Assembly (NCBI GenBank): GCA_963770565.1 | Contig: CAVYQE010000001.1 | Location: forward strand, 1,120,001 to 1,184,000 | Source: an uncultured Actinomycetota bacterium | GTDB lineage: Bacteria; Actinomycetota; Actinomycetes; JAFAQI01 | Direction: 5' to 3' | Length of the DNA: 64,000 nt | Shown: positions 11,084 through 21,345 of the stretch, piece after piece | Layout: each line of letters begins with the position of its first letter | How positions within the stretch are numbered: position 1 is the first letter of the stretch | Notes under the pieces: generated by a model | The model's database searches: none | Seen by the model: only the letters and a program-made list of their open reading frames with translations | Told to the model about the DNA's origin: nothing | Program-made: the position numbers and the translations under genes

Positions 11084-11311
11084 TCAGACCGATTCGCAGA
11101 AGTCGCGGACCGGCTTGAGGTGCGCGTTGACCGACGGCAGGACCTCGGGGACCGTGCGGGTCTGCTCGGCAACCACCATGACTCCGACGACCACCGTGCC
11201 GAGGGTGTAGCGGATGACCTTCAGGTGCAGGATCACGCGGATCAGTCCAAGTGCGGCGGCGGCGATGATCAACGTGGCGAGGATCACGGTGACCCAGGCG
11301 ACAGCGGGCAT
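11084..11311 (-). CDS. Small single-TM protein (cox-linked TM2)
   Basis: VAWVTVILATLIIAAAALGL TM; RBS GGAGG. Confidence 0.75.
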   Translation of the reverse strand: MPAVAWVTVILATLIIAAAALGLIRVILHLKVIRYTLGTVVVGVMVVAEQTRTVPEVLPSVNAHLKPVRDFCESV

Positions 11312-11326
11312 GAGGTGTCCTCCCTC

Positions 11327-11581
11327 TCAGCCGAGCAGCTTGGCGACGGAGCCGGCGTAGCGAACCGCGCCGACCGCGACCGCCTCGATCGTCTCGTCGG
11401 TGACGGCGAGTGCTTCTGGTACGTCGTCGAGGTGGCCGGTCAGGGCCACGCCGCCGGCGAGGATGTCGTCAGCCGCACCGCGGATTCGCTCGAGCGCGGC
11501 GAGCACGCGGTTGAGCAGCGCGACGAGGATGGGGACGACCGCGATCAGCAGCAGTGCGTTGCCGATCCACCACAGGACCAT
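11327..11581 (-). CDS. Small single-TM coiled-coil protein (cox-linked TM1)
   Basis: MVLWWIGNALLLIAVVPILVALL; RBS GAGGAGG right after coxG stop. Confidence 0.75.
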   Translation of the reverse strand: MVLWWIGNALLLIAVVPILVALLNRVLAALERIRGAADDILAGGVALTGHLDDVPEALAVTDETIEAVAVGAVRYAGSVAKLLG

Positions 11582-11594
11582 GAGTTCGTCCTCC

Positions 11595-12179
11595 TCAGTT
11601 CGGGCTGGGCTGGTAGGGCATGAAGAACCGCCGGAACACTCGGGCCAGCGCCATCCGCATCGCGCGCAGGCCGATCGTGAAGCCGCTGGCCGCCGCGGCG
11701 CCCGCCAGCGCAGCACCGGACTCGCCGCGTTCGACCGCGGCGATCCGGTTCTGCAGGTTTGTGGCGAAGTCGCGCATCAGCACCGCGGTGACGTCGGAGA
11801 TCATCCCGCGGCCGTACTGCGCCGCGGCACCGGAGAGCTGCACGTCCTGGACCACGTCGACCTTGGTCTGCTGTCCCACCGACGCCAAAGTGGCCGTCAC
11901 CAGCATGCTGGCCTGGCCGCGGCCCTTCTCGTCTGCACCCGCGGCGTCGATCACGATCCGCTTGGCGGCGTTGTCGCGCTCGGTGATGGTCGCCGTACCG
12001 TTGAAGGCCAGCTTGACCGGGCCCATCCGGACCGCGACCTTGCCGAGGTACTTGTCGTCGCCGAGGTCGTCGGTCAGCTCGGCGCCCGGCAGGCAGGCCG
12101 CGACGCTCGGGATGTCGTCGAAGAACGCCCAGACTTTCTCGACCGGCTGTGCGACGTCGAAGTCGCTCTTGATCAGCAT
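11595..12179 (-). CDS. coxG: CoxG (SRPBCC) CODH accessory protein
   Basis: VWAFFDDIPSVAACLPGAEL, LSGAAAQYGRGMI; immediately after coxL. Confidence 0.88.
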   Translation of the reverse strand: MLIKSDFDVAQPVEKVWAFFDDIPSVAACLPGAELTDDLGDDKYLGKVAVRMGPVKLAFNGTATITERDNAAKRIVIDAAGADEKGRGQASMLVTATLASVGQQTKVDVVQDVQLSGAAAQYGRGMISDVTAVLMRDFATNLQNRIAAVERGESGAALAGAAAASGFTIGLRAMRMALARVFRRFFMPYQPSPN

Positions 12180-12205
12180 GTCGTCTCCACCGTCACATCA
12201 CAGCC

Positions 12206-14596
12206 TCAGTCGTCCGACTTCACCGGCGGGGCGCCGGATACGTCGTGCTTCATGGTCAGTGCTTCATAGACCCGGTCCGGCAGCATCGGCATGTCGATGT
12301 TGCGGACCCCGGTGCCGGACAGCGCGTCGATAACCGCGTTGACGAACGCCGCCGGACCGCCGACGGTCGCACACTCGCCGACGCCCTTCGCGCCGATCGG
12401 GTGGTGCGGGCACGGCGTGACGACCTCGTGCAGCTCGAAGCCCGGGGTCTCCCAGGCGGTCGGCAGGAGGTAGTCCATGTAGTTGGAGCCGACGCAGTTG
12501 CCCTCGGCGTCGAAGGTGATGAACTGCATGCTCGCCATCGCGTACGCCTCGGTGAGCCCGCCCATGATCTGGCCTTCGACGATCATCGGGTTGATCCGGA
12601 CCCCGCAGTCGTCGACCGCCACCATGTTGAGCACGTCCCAGACGCCGGTCTCCGGATCCACCTCGACGGTCGCGATGTAGCAGCCGAACGGCCAGGTGAG
12701 GTTCGGCGGGTCGTAGTATGCGACGTTCTCCAGACCCGGCTCCATGCCGTCCGGCATGTTGCTGTACGCCGCGATCGCGCACTCCTGGATCGTCACGCCC
12801 CGGTCGGGTGCGCTGCGGATGTAGAAGCGGCCGAGCTCCCACTCGACGTCCTCTTCGGAGACTTCGAGCAGGTGCGCCGCGAGCTTGCGCGCTTTCGCGC
12901 GGACTTTGCGGGACACCATCGCGACCGCGGCGCCGGCGACCGGCGTACTTCGCGAGGCGTAGGTGCCCATGCCGAACGGCGCGGTGTCGGTGTCACCCTC
13001 CTCGACCACGATGTCCTCGGCCGGCAGGCCGAGCTCGTGCGCGACGATCTGCGCCCAGGTCGTCTCGTGGCCCTGGCCCTGCGTCTTCGCGCCGGTGCGC
13101 AGGATCGCCTTGCCGGTCATGTGAATCCGCAGCTCGGCCGAGTCGAACATCTTGATGCCGAGGATGTCGTACTCCCGGCTGTTGCCGGCACCGAGCGGTT
13201 CGGTCATGCACGAGATGCCGAGACCGAGCAGTCGGCCGCGCTTGCGCGCCTCGGCCTGCCGCTTGCGGAAGTCCTGGTAGCCGATCGCCTCGAGCCCGAC
13301 GTCGAGGCACTTGCCGTACTGCCCTGAGTCGGTGAGGAAGCCGAACGGCGTGCGGTGCGGGAAGTCGTCGTCGCGGACGAAGTTCATCCGGCGGAACTCG
13401 GCCTGGTCCATCCCGAGGTCGTCAGCCGCGGCCTGCACCATGCGCTCCTGGAAGAACATCGCCTCGGTCACCCGGAACGAGCAGCGGTAGGCGACCCCGC
13501 CCGGCGCCTTGTTCGTGTACGTGCCTTGCGCGGTCAGGTGCGCGGCCGGGATGTCGTAGCAGGCGAACGCCGAATGCATCAGGCCGATCTTGAACTTCGA
13601 CGGCTGCGCGTCGGAGAAGAAGGCGCCGTGGTCGGAGTCGGTGTGCATCCGGACCCCGAGGATTTTGCCGTCCTTGCGCAGCGCCATCTCGCCGGTTAGG
13701 TAGATGTCGCGGCCGAACCCGGTCGAGATCAGGTTGCCGGACTTGTCCTCGATCCACTTCACCGGCACCTCGAGCAGGATCGAGGCGAGGATCGACATGA
13801 CGTAGCCCGGGTAGACCGGCACCTTGTTGCCGAACCCGCCGCCAAGGTCGGGGGAGACGATCCGGATCATGTGCTCGGGCAGCTCCGCCACCAGCGCGAC
13901 CGCCGCGCGGATGATGTGCGGCGCCTGCGTGGTCATGTAGACGGTGAGCTTCGACGTCGCGCGGTTGAAGTCAGCGATCGATCCGCACGCCTCCATCGGC
14001 GACGGGTGTGAGCGCGGATAGTGCAGCTGGAGCTTCGAGACGACGTCGGCCTGCTCGAAGGCTCGGTCGGTGCCGGCCTTGTCGCCGACCTCCCAGTCGA
14101 AGACGATGTTGGAGGTCTGACCCTCCTTGTCGTCGCGGATGATCGGTGCGTCCGCGGCCTTCGCCTGGGTCGGGTTGACGATGACTGGCAGCGGTTCGTA
14201 CTCGACGACAATTGCCTCGCAGGCGTCCTTCGCGGTGTACGGGTCGTCGGCGACGACGCAGGCGACCTCCTGGCCCTGGAAGCGCACCTTGTCGGTGGCG
14301 AGGACGGCCTGGGTGTCGTATGACAGCGTGGGCATCCAGGCCAGGTTGCGGGTCGCCATCATGTCGCCGGTCAGCACCAGCCGTACGCCGGGGATCTCCC
14401 AGGCTTTCGACGCGTCGATCGACTTGATCCGGGCATGCGCCAGCGGACTGCGCAGGATCTCCATGTGGAGCATGCCGGGCAGCACGATGTCGTCGACGTA
14501 GTTGCCCCTGCCGCGGATGAACCGGTTGTCCTCGACCCGCTTGCGGCTCGCGCCCATCCCGCCGATCTTGATTTCGTCGAGTGCCTGCGTGGTCAC
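12206..14596 (-). CDS. coxL: Aerobic CO dehydrogenase large subunit, form I
   Basis: Diagnostic AYRCSFR active-site motif; GGGFGNK; GAKGVGE. Confidence 0.96.
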   Translation of the reverse strand: MTTQALDEIKIGGMGASRKRVEDNRFIRGRGNYVDDIVLPGMLHMEILRSPLAHARIKSIDASKAWEIPGVRLVLTGDMMATRNLAWMPTLSYDTQAVLATDKVRFQGQEVACVVADDPYTAKDACEAIVVEYEPLPVIVNPTQAKAADAPIIRDDKEGQTSNIVFDWEVGDKAGTDRAFEQADVVSKLQLHYPRSHPSPMEACGSIADFNRATSKLTVYMTTQAPHIIRAAVALVAELPEHMIRIVSPDLGGGFGNKVPVYPGYVMSILASILLEVPVKWIEDKSGNLISTGFGRDIYLTGEMALRKDGKILGVRMHTDSDHGAFFSDAQPSKFKIGLMHSAFACYDIPAAHLTAQGTYTNKAPGGVAYRCSFRVTEAMFFQERMVQAAADDLGMDQAEFRRMNFVRDDDFPHRTPFGFLTDSGQYGKCLDVGLEAIGYQDFRKRQAEARKRGRLLGLGISCMTEPLGAGNSREYDILGIKMFDSAELRIHMTGKAILRTGAKTQGQGHETTWAQIVAHELGLPAEDIVVEEGDTDTAPFGMGTYASRSTPVAGAAVAMVSRKVRAKARKLAAHLLEVSEEDVEWELGRFYIRSAPDRGVTIQECAIAAYSNMPDGMEPGLENVAYYDPPNLTWPFGCYIATVEVDPETGVWDVLNMVAVDDCGVRINPMIVEGQIMGGLTEAYAMASMQFITFDAEGNCVGSNYMDYLLPTAWETPGFELHEVVTPCPHHPIGAKGVGECATVGGPAAFVNAVIDALSGTGVRNIDMPMLPDRVYEALTMKHDVSGAPPVKSDD

Positions 14597-14600
14597 GGCG

Positions 14601-15146
14601 TCAGCCCTCCTCTCCGGCGCCGCCGGCCTGGGCCCGGAGCTTCGCGGCCGCCCACAGCACCGACTTCACGATGTTCTGATAGCCGGTGCAGCGGCACAAG
14701 TTGCCCGACAGGCCCCAGCGGATCTCGTCCTCGGTCGGGTCCGGGTTCTCGTCGAGCAATGCCTTCGCCGCGAGCATCATCCCCGGCGTGCAGAAGCCGC
14801 ACTGCAGCCCGTGCTCCTCTTTGAAACCCTCCTGCAAGGGATGCAGTTCGCTCGCCGTGGCCAGCCCTTCGACGGTCAGTACGTCGCACCCGTCGGCCTG
14901 GACGGCGAGCATCGTGCAGCTCTTCACCGCTTTGCCGTCCACCAGCACCGTGCAGACGCCGCAGTTGGTGGTGTCGCAGCCGGTGTGCGTTCCGGTCAGT
15001 TTGAAGCCCTGTCGCAGCAGGTGGGCCAGCAGTAGGCGCGGCTCGACATCGGCAGTGCGCTGGTCGCCGTTGACCGTCATCGTCACTCGCCGGATCGGGA
15101 CGTTGGCGGCCGGCTCCGGGGTGATCTCTTCGTAGAGGCTCGTCAT
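14601..15146 (-). CDS. coxS: CO dehydrogenase small subunit (2x[2Fe-2S])
   Basis: [12 protein letters not shown]...[18 protein letters not shown]. Confidence 0.95.
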   Translation of the reverse strand: MTSLYEEITPEPAANVPIRRVTMTVNGDQRTADVEPRLLLAHLLRQGFKLTGTHTGCDTTNCGVCTVLVDGKAVKSCTMLAVQADGCDVLTVEGLATASELHPLQEGFKEEHGLQCGFCTPGMMLAAKALLDENPDPTEDEIRWGLSGNLCRCTGYQNIVKSVLWAAAKLRAQAGGAGEEG

Positions 15147-15147
15147 C

Positions 15148-16021
15148 TCAGGCCGCTCTCTCCGCTGATTCGGTCAGGTTGGTCAGGATGCGGGTGACGA
15201 AGGTGTGCACGATGTGCCGCTTGTAGTCCGCGCTGCCGCGATGGTCGGTCCGCGGCTTCGCGGCCTGGGCCGCGAGCTCCGCGGCGGCCGCGATCGAGTC
15301 GGCGCCGAGCGCTTTCCCGACCAGCGCAGCCGCGGCGTCGGAGGCCGAGATGGTCGACCCGCCGACCCCGGTAAGCCCGATGCCGGCCCGGGTGACCAGC
15401 CCGCCGGAAGTCTCGATCGCGACCGCGACCCCTGCGGTGGCGAAGTCGCCGACCCGCCGCTCGAGCTTGAGGTAGCCGCCGGCCGGGCTTCCCTTCGGCG
15501 CCGGAACGACCGCTTCGATCGCGATCTCGTCGTCGGCCAGGGTGTTCTGGAACGGCCCGCTGACGAAGTCGACGACCGGGATCGACCGGCGGCCGTGCGG
15601 TCCGACCGCGACGACGAGGCCGCCGAGCGCGGTCATGACCGAGGCCCAGTCACCCTGCGGGTCGGCGTGGCAGAGCGAGCCGACCAGCGTGCCGCGGTTG
15701 CGCACGATCGGGTCGGCGATCAGCGGGGCCGCGGCCGCCATCGTGGGCTGCTTCTCGGCCAGCAGGCTCGATCTCTCGAGCTCGGCGTGCCTGGCCAGCG
15801 CGCCGATGTGGATCGACCCGTCGTCGGCCAGCCGGTGGTAGCCGAGACCGGGGATCCGGTTGATGTCGACGAGCAGCTCCGGTGCGGCAAAGCGCAGCTT
15901 GAGCAGCGGCACCAGGCTCTGGCCGCCGGCCAGCACCTTGGCCTCCGCCGCCGCCGTGCAGCAGCCCGATCGCCTCGTCGAGCGTGCGTGGCGCCTCGTA
16001 ACGGAACCGGGATGGATACAT
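15148..16021 (-). pseudogene. coxM: CO dehydrogenase medium (FAD) subunit with a 1-nt frameshift near 15945-15956 (pseudogene or sequencing error)
   Basis: MYPSRFRYEAP...LLHGGG in one frame, EAKVLAGGQSL...VRNRGTLVGS in another; span 874 nt = 3n+1. Confidence 0.88.
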
Positions 16022-16049
16022 TCTTCCCTCCTGGGGTGGGCGCCGGGGC

Positions 16050-16292
16050 TCAGGCTTGGTCGGTCGACGCCGGGTCGGGGACGGCGACCGGCAGCGCGTC
16101 CGCCACCGGATCCGGGCGCGGCTCCTGGTGCGGCGGCCACGGTCCCTGGACCGGCTGACCAGCGATCTTGAGGTAGTCGATCAGCTCCGGCCAGGCCCAT
16201 ACGGTCGGGCTCTTGCCGGTCTTCGGGGCGTTCTCGACCAGCTCGTACAAACGCGGGTTGGCCTGGCTGTGCCCGTCCGATTCCATCCGCAT
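16050..16292 (-). CDS. Small hypothetical protein upstream of coxM
   Basis: MRMESDGHSQANPRLYELVENAP...WAWPEL; high GC3; ends 28 nt before coxM. Confidence 0.6.
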   Translation of the reverse strand: MRMESDGHSQANPRLYELVENAPKTGKSPTVWAWPELIDYLKIAGQPVQGPWPPHQEPRPDPVADALPVAVPDPASTDQA

Positions 16293-16417
16293 GGCGCACG
16301 CCCTTCCCGGTGGGCGAAGCCCATCGGTCGCCCCGACCACTTGCCTAGGTAGGTGACTATTGCATAGGAAAGCGCGAGTCGGATACCGCTCGGAGACCGG
16401 CGATCTGCAGCGATACT

Positions 16418-16933
16418 TTGCCGATGGTCTTCGTCTGCCCGCTGGCCGTGATCGGTCTGGTCCACACCGACCGGGTGAGCACCGAAAGGACCCCGGTGCA
16501 AGCCGCGTTGAACCGCGCCGAATCCGGCACGATCGTGATCCATCCGCCGTACGTCGAAGGGTTGGCCGGGCTTGAGGGGTTCGACTACGCCTGGTTGCTG
16601 AGCTGGCTGCACGACCCGGCCGGAGCGGCCGCGCCGCCACCGATGAAGCAGGTGCCGTTCCTGCTGCGGCCGCAGCAGCGCGAGGTCGGGATCTTCGCCA
16701 CCCGCGGGCCACGCCGGGTCAATCCGATCGGGCTCAGCCTGATCCAGCTGAACGAGATCGCCGGTCCCGAGGTCACGTTCTCCGGTGTCGACCTGATCGA
16801 CGGGACACCCGTCATCGACCTGAAGCCGTATGTCAGCCGGTTCGACCGCCCCGACGCCGAGCCGCGGTGCGGGTGGTTCGACGAGATCACCTTCGCTCCG
16901 GGCGCCACCCCGGCGGATCTCGGCCGGCCATAG
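16418..16933 (+). CDS. TrmO/TsaA (YaeB)-like SAM-binding methyltransferase
   Basis: GLAGLEGF, GIFATRGPRRVNPIGLS, DLIDGTPVIDLKPY. Confidence 0.88.
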   Translation: MPMVFVCPLAVIGLVHTDRVSTERTPVQAALNRAESGTIVIHPPYVEGLAGLEGFDYAWLLSWLHDPAGAAAPPPMKQVPFLLRPQQREVGIFATRGPRRVNPIGLSLIQLNEIAGPEVTFSGVDLIDGTPVIDLKPYVSRFDRPDAEPRCGWFDEITFAPGATPADLGRP

Positions 16934-17052
16934 GGGACATCTGGTCTGATTCGCGCTCAACCCGTCGCAGAACCAGCGGGCAAGTCGTCCGGGCAGAAAC
17001 TCATTGCGCGTCGGTTGTCAGGGTTTGCGGTGGGAGAGCCGACTAAAAGGAC

Positions 17053-18849
17053 ATGGGCTCACCTGGGGAGGTCCGCGAGCCGACGCTGCCCGCTGACGTC
17101 GACCGGCCGATGTCGACGGCTGAGTACGCCAGCTTCGTCGCCCTGCTGACCCGGGTTGGATGCCACGTCTACACCGGCGAGGTGCTCGCCGACGGCGGCT
17201 ATTCGGAGATCTTCACCGGCCCCGGCATCGAGTTGTTCCTCGGCGGGCTGCCGGACACCGACCTCACGACCGCGTGGAACAGCGCCGTGCACCCGGACGA
17301 TCTCGAGATCTATCGGACCGCCGCGACCGCCGACACCAACGACGTGATCACGCTCGAATACCGCATGGTCGGTCTCGACGGAGTGACCCGATGGGTGCTC
17401 GACCAGATGTGGGTGCGCGAGTCCGCACCCGAGGGCCGGCGGATCATCGACGGCGTCGTCACGGACATCACCAGCCGCAAGGAGGCCGAGCTCGGCCTGC
17501 GGCGCCTCGCGCACAGTGACTCGCTTACCGGCCTTGCCAACCGACTGCATCTGGCGAACCGGATCGACGACGCGGTGGAGCAGCTGCACGTCGGGCCGAC
17601 CGAGTCCGACGGGATCGCGTTGCTGCTGCTCGACCTCGACGGCTTCAAGGCGGTCAACGACAGCTTCGGGCACGCGCTCGGCGACGAGTTGCTGACCATG
17701 GTGGCCCGGCGGCTGCGCGGCTCGCTCCGCCCGAACGACGTGGGCGCGCGACTCGGCGGCGACGAGTTTGCCGTACTGCTCGAGGGCGTGGACCACGAGC
17801 AGGCGCTGGCTGCCGCGCACCGGGTGCTCGCCGCGATCAGCACCCCGTTCGTCCTGTCCCGGAGCACGGTGGCGATCAGCGCGAGCATCGGCCTGGTCCA
17901 CGCGACCGACGCGCGCGACAGCCAGGACCTGATGCGCGACGCCGATGTCGCGATGTACCGGGCGAAGGCGGACGGCAAGAGCCGGGTGGTCAGCTTCGAG
18001 CGCTCGATGCAGGACCGGGTGATCGGCCGGCTCCAGCTGGAGACCGAGCTGCGGCGAAGCGTCGACCAGGGCGACTTCGTCCTGCACTACCAGCCGCTGA
18101 TCGACCTGGACACGCTCAGCGTGGTGGGTGTGGAAGCACTGATCCGCTGGCAGCATCCGACCCGCGGCCTGCTGGCGCCGGCCGAGTTCATCGACGTCGC
18201 CGAGGACACCGGGCTGATCGTCCCGATCGGCCGCTGGGTCATCGACCAGGCCACCCACGACGCTGCCGGGTGGCAGGTCTCGAGCGGGCTCCCGCTCTCG
18301 ATCGCGGTCAACCTCTCGCCGCGCCAGCTGCACGACCCCGAGCTCGTGCAATGTACGGCGGAGGCACTCGCCAACGCCGGCCTCGCGCCGGAGACGCTGA
18401 TCATCGAGATCACCGAGAACCTGCTGCTCAAGGACACTGAGCTGGCGCGCGCCCGGCTGGCCGAGCTGCGTGCCCTCGGGGTGAAGGTCGCGGTCGACGA
18501 CTTCGGCACCGGCTACAGCTCGCTGGCCTACCTCGACCAGTACCCGGTGGACATCCTCAAGATCGACCGCAGCTTCGTTGATCCGCTCGGCGGGAACGCG
18601 CGGTCGGCCGCGCTGGTCCGCTCGATCATCGACATGGCGTCGGCACTCGACATCGACGCCATCGCCGAGGGAGTCGAGGACGCCGGGCAGTTGGCGACCC
18701 TGCAGTCGCTGGGCTGCCGCCTCGCCCAGGGCTTCTTCTTCGCCCGGCCGCGGCCGGCTGTCGACATCGCCGGCCTGCTCGCTGCCGACAGCATCGCCGA
18801 GGAACTGCCCGCGCAGCGGCACGCGGGAGTGGCGAAACCCACCGCCTGA
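17053..18849 (+). CDS. PAS-GGDEF-EAL c-di-GMP signalling protein
   Basis: VHPDD PAS, RLGGDEF, VEALIRW, DDFGTGYSSL. Confidence 0.95.
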   Translation: MGSPGEVREPTLPADVDRPMSTAEYASFVALLTRVGCHVYTGEVLADGGYSEIFTGPGIELFLGGLPDTDLTTAWNSAVHPDDLEIYRTAATADTNDVITLEYRMVGLDGVTRWVLDQMWVRESAPEGRRIIDGVVTDITSRKEAELGLRRLAHSDSLTGLANRLHLANRIDDAVEQLHVGPTESDGIALLLLDLDGFKAVNDSFGHALGDELLTMVARRLRGSLRPNDVGARLGGDEFAVLLEGVDHEQALAAAHRVLAAISTPFVLSRSTVAISASIGLVHATDARDSQDLMRDADVAMYRAKADGKSRVVSFERSMQDRVIGRLQLETELRRSVDQGDFVLHYQPLIDLDTLSVVGVEALIRWQHPTRGLLAPAEFIDVAEDTGLIVPIGRWVIDQATHDAAGWQVSSGLPLSIAVNLSPRQLHDPELVQCTAEALANAGLAPETLIIEITENLLLKDTELARARLAELRALGVKVAVDDFGTGYSSLAYLDQYPVDILKIDRSFVDPLGGNARSAALVRSIIDMASALDIDAIAEGVEDAGQLATLQSLGCRLAQGFFFARPRPAVDIAGLLAADSIAEELPAQRHAGVAKPTA

Positions 18850-18867
18850 TCCACCGTTAGGGGCTGG

Positions 18868-19602
18868 TCAGAGCCGGATCGCCTCGAAGCCGACCGCGAA
18901 CCGGCATCGCAAGCGGGTTCCGGTCGATCGTGCGAAGGACTCCAGGAACTCCTCGGGGTGCGACATCGGGCCCGCTCCCAGGCCCTTGAGATAGGCGTCG
19001 TGCGCGCGCAACGAGGCCACTCCGGCGGCGAAATGTTCGGTCACGTCGACCCCGTGCGTCGCGTCCGGGCTGCCGCTGACCAATAACCAGTCCGCGTGCC
19101 AGGGCTCGAGGCCCTCCTCGGTCAGCTCGCGGAAGACCCACCGGTTCGCCGCGTCCCGCACCCCGTCGACGACCGCGCGGCCGACCGCGATGTGGTCGGC
19201 CTGGTTCAGGGTGCCGGGGCCCCAGGACTCGTGGTGGTTGCCCGAGATGACGACGTTCGGCCGGTGCAGGCGTACTGCCCGGGCGATGTCGTGGCGCAGC
19301 GCGAGGCTGTACTCCACGGTGCCGTCCGGATAGCCGAGGAACTCAACCGTGTCGACCCCGACGAGTGCCGCGCCGGTCCGCTCCTCGTCTTCGCGCAGCG
19401 GCCCGGCCTCCTCAGGCGGCATCGAGTCGATCCCGGCCTCGCCGCTCGTTGCGAGGCAGTAGACCACCCGCTTGCCCTGGCTGGTCCAGCGTGCCACTGC
19501 TGCCGCGGTGCCGTACTCCAGGTCGTCGGGATGCGCGACGATGGCGAGTGCGGTCGACCACGCCTCGTCGAAGGGCTCGAGGAACGCGATCTGTTCGGTC
19601 AT
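18868..19602 (-). CDS. PIG-L family deacetylase
   Basis: AHPDDLE, TSGEAG, QADH. Confidence 0.9.
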   Translation of the reverse strand: MTEQIAFLEPFDEAWSTALAIVAHPDDLEYGTAAAVARWTSQGKRVVYCLATSGEAGIDSMPPEEAGPLREDEERTGAALVGVDTVEFLGYPDGTVEYSLALRHDIARAVRLHRPNVVISGNHHESWGPGTLNQADHIAVGRAVVDGVRDAANRWVFRELTEEGLEPWHADWLLVSGSPDATHGVDVTEHFAAGVASLRAHDAYLKGLGAGPMSHPEEFLESFARSTGTRLRCRFAVGFEAIRL

Positions 19603-19642
19603 GCGATCGACGCTAGCCCGCCCGGAAGAACTTCAGGACCGG

Positions 19643-19669
19643 TGTCGATCCGGTGGGTAGGCGTTCGTA
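19643..19669 (+). promoter_or_regulatory. Putative ECF42-type promoter
   Basis: TGTCGA-N17-CGTA upstream of DGPF/ECF pair, resembling the ECF42 consensus as recalled. Confidence 0.5.
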
Positions 19670-19722
19670 GTGGCAGTAGAAGATCGGCACCGAGCCGAGT
19701 CCCAGACCGACGGGAGCACGCC

Positions 19723-20079
19723 ATGCCGCAGTACCTGATGTCAGTTCACATGGTCGACGGCCAGCCACCGCCCGACGACGCCACCATCCAGAAGATGTAC
19801 GCCGATGTCGACGCATACAACGATCGGCTGCAGGCCGAGGGTGCCTGGGTCTTCGCCGGCGGCCTCTACCCGGCCGACGTCGCCACCGTGGTTCGCACCG
19901 AGGGCGGCGAGGTCGTGACCACGGACGGCCCGTTCGCGGAGTCCAAGGAGCACATCGGCGGCTTCTGGGTCATCAAGGCGGCTGACCTGGATGCCGCACT
20001 GGCGCTCGCGGCCGACGCCAGCAAGGCCTGCCAAGGACCGGTCGAGGTCCGCCCGTTCCAAGAAGAGCCGTCCGCGTAG
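19723..20079 (+). CDS. YciI/DGPF family protein
   Basis: TDGPFAESKEHIGGFWVI, VEVRP. Confidence 0.92.
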   Translation: MPQYLMSVHMVDGQPPPDDATIQKMYADVDAYNDRLQAEGAWVFAGGLYPADVATVVRTEGGEVVTTDGPFAESKEHIGGFWVIKAADLDAALALAADASKACQGPVEVRPFQEEPSA

Positions 20080-21317
20080 TGCCCCAGCCCGTGGTCGGGC
20101 CGGACGAGATCGGCGCGGTCTTCCGGGCGGAGTACGGCCGCTGCGTCGCAACCCTGATCCGCTTCCTCGGCGATATCGATCTCGCCGAGGAAGCGGTTCA
20201 GGACGCCTTCGCGGTCGCGCTCAGCAAGTGGCCCGAGACCGGGCTCCCGCCAAACCCGGGCGGCTGGATCACGACCACCGCGCGCAACCGCGCGATCGAC
20301 CAGCTGCGGCGCGAAGCCCGTCGCGGCGACCGCCAGGCCCAGGCCGTGCGGCTGCAGGGACCGGATTCCGACGGTTTCGTGGGCGAGGAGGTGGGGCCCG
20401 TGCGCGACGACCGGCTGCGGCTGATCTTCACCTGCTGTCACCCGGCGCTGGCGCAGAGCGCCCAGGTCGGCCTGACCCTGCGCCTGCTCGGCGGCCTGGA
20501 AACCCCGGAGATCGCAAGGGCGTTCCTGGTACCCGAGGCGACGATGGCGCAGCGGATCGTGCGGGCGAAACGCAAGATCAAGACCGCCGGGATCCCGTAC
20601 CGGGTGCCGTCGGAAGCCGAGCTGCCGGACCGGATCCCGCCGGTGCTCGCGGTGGTCTACCTCATCTACAACGAGGGGTACGCCGCAACAGCGGGAACTG
20701 GCCTGACCCGGGACGACCTCTGCGCGGAGGCGATCCGGCTGGCCCGCCTGCTGGTCGAGCTGATGCCGGACGAGCCAGAGGTGCTCGGCCTGCTCGCGCT
20801 ACTGCTGCTCACCCAGTCGCGCCGGGCGGCCCGCACCGGGCCGGGCGGCTCGATCGTGTTGCTGGCGGATCAGGACCGCTCGCGCTGGGACCGGGCGCTG
20901 ATCATGGAGGGTCATGAGCTGGTCCGGCGCTGCCTGCAGCGCGGGGCGCCCGGGCCGTTCCAGCTGCAGGCTGCGATCAACGCGGTCCACACCGACGCCG
21001 CGACCGCCGCCGACACCGACTGGCGGCAGATCCTTGCGCTTTACGACCAGCTGCAGGCGATCCGGCCGACCGATGTGGTCGCGCTCAACCGAGCGGTGGC
21101 ACTCGCCGAGGTCGAGGGCCCGGAGCCCGCGCTCGCCGAGATCGAGTCCCTCGATCTCGGCAGCTACCACCTCTACCACTCGATTCGCGCTGACCTGCTG
21201 CGCCGGCTCGGCCGGCCGGCCCACGCCGCAGCGGCCTATCGAGACGCACTCGCGCTCGCGACGAACCCGGCCGAGCGCGCCTTTCTCGCCGCTCGGTTGA
21301 GCCAAGTGGCCGACTGA
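20079..21317 (+). CDS. ECF sigma factor with C-terminal TPR extension (ECF42-like)
   Basis: AEEAVQDAF, DDRLRLIFTCCHPAL, DQDRSRWD; paired with DGPF gene. Confidence 0.9.
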   Translation: MPQPVVGPDEIGAVFRAEYGRCVATLIRFLGDIDLAEEAVQDAFAVALSKWPETGLPPNPGGWITTTARNRAIDQLRREARRGDRQAQAVRLQGPDSDGFVGEEVGPVRDDRLRLIFTCCHPALAQSAQVGLTLRLLGGLETPEIARAFLVPEATMAQRIVRAKRKIKTAGIPYRVPSEAELPDRIPPVLAVVYLIYNEGYAATAGTGLTRDDLCAEAIRLARLLVELMPDEPEVLGLLALLLLTQSRRAARTGPGGSIVLLADQDRSRWDRALIMEGHELVRRCLQRGAPGPFQLQAAINAVHTDAATAADTDWRQILALYDQLQAIRPTDVVALNRAVALAEVEGPEPALAEIESLDLGSYHLYHSIRADLLRRLGRPAHAAAAYRDALALATNPAERAFLAARLSQVAD

Positions 21318-21345
21318 CCGGCTCGAACTACGGCAGACTGTAGTA

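Noticed and set aside
16418-16933. TrmO-like gene as part of the tRNA-array system
   Set aside because: It is 20 kb away and the array has no tRNA-Thr, the known TrmO substrate.
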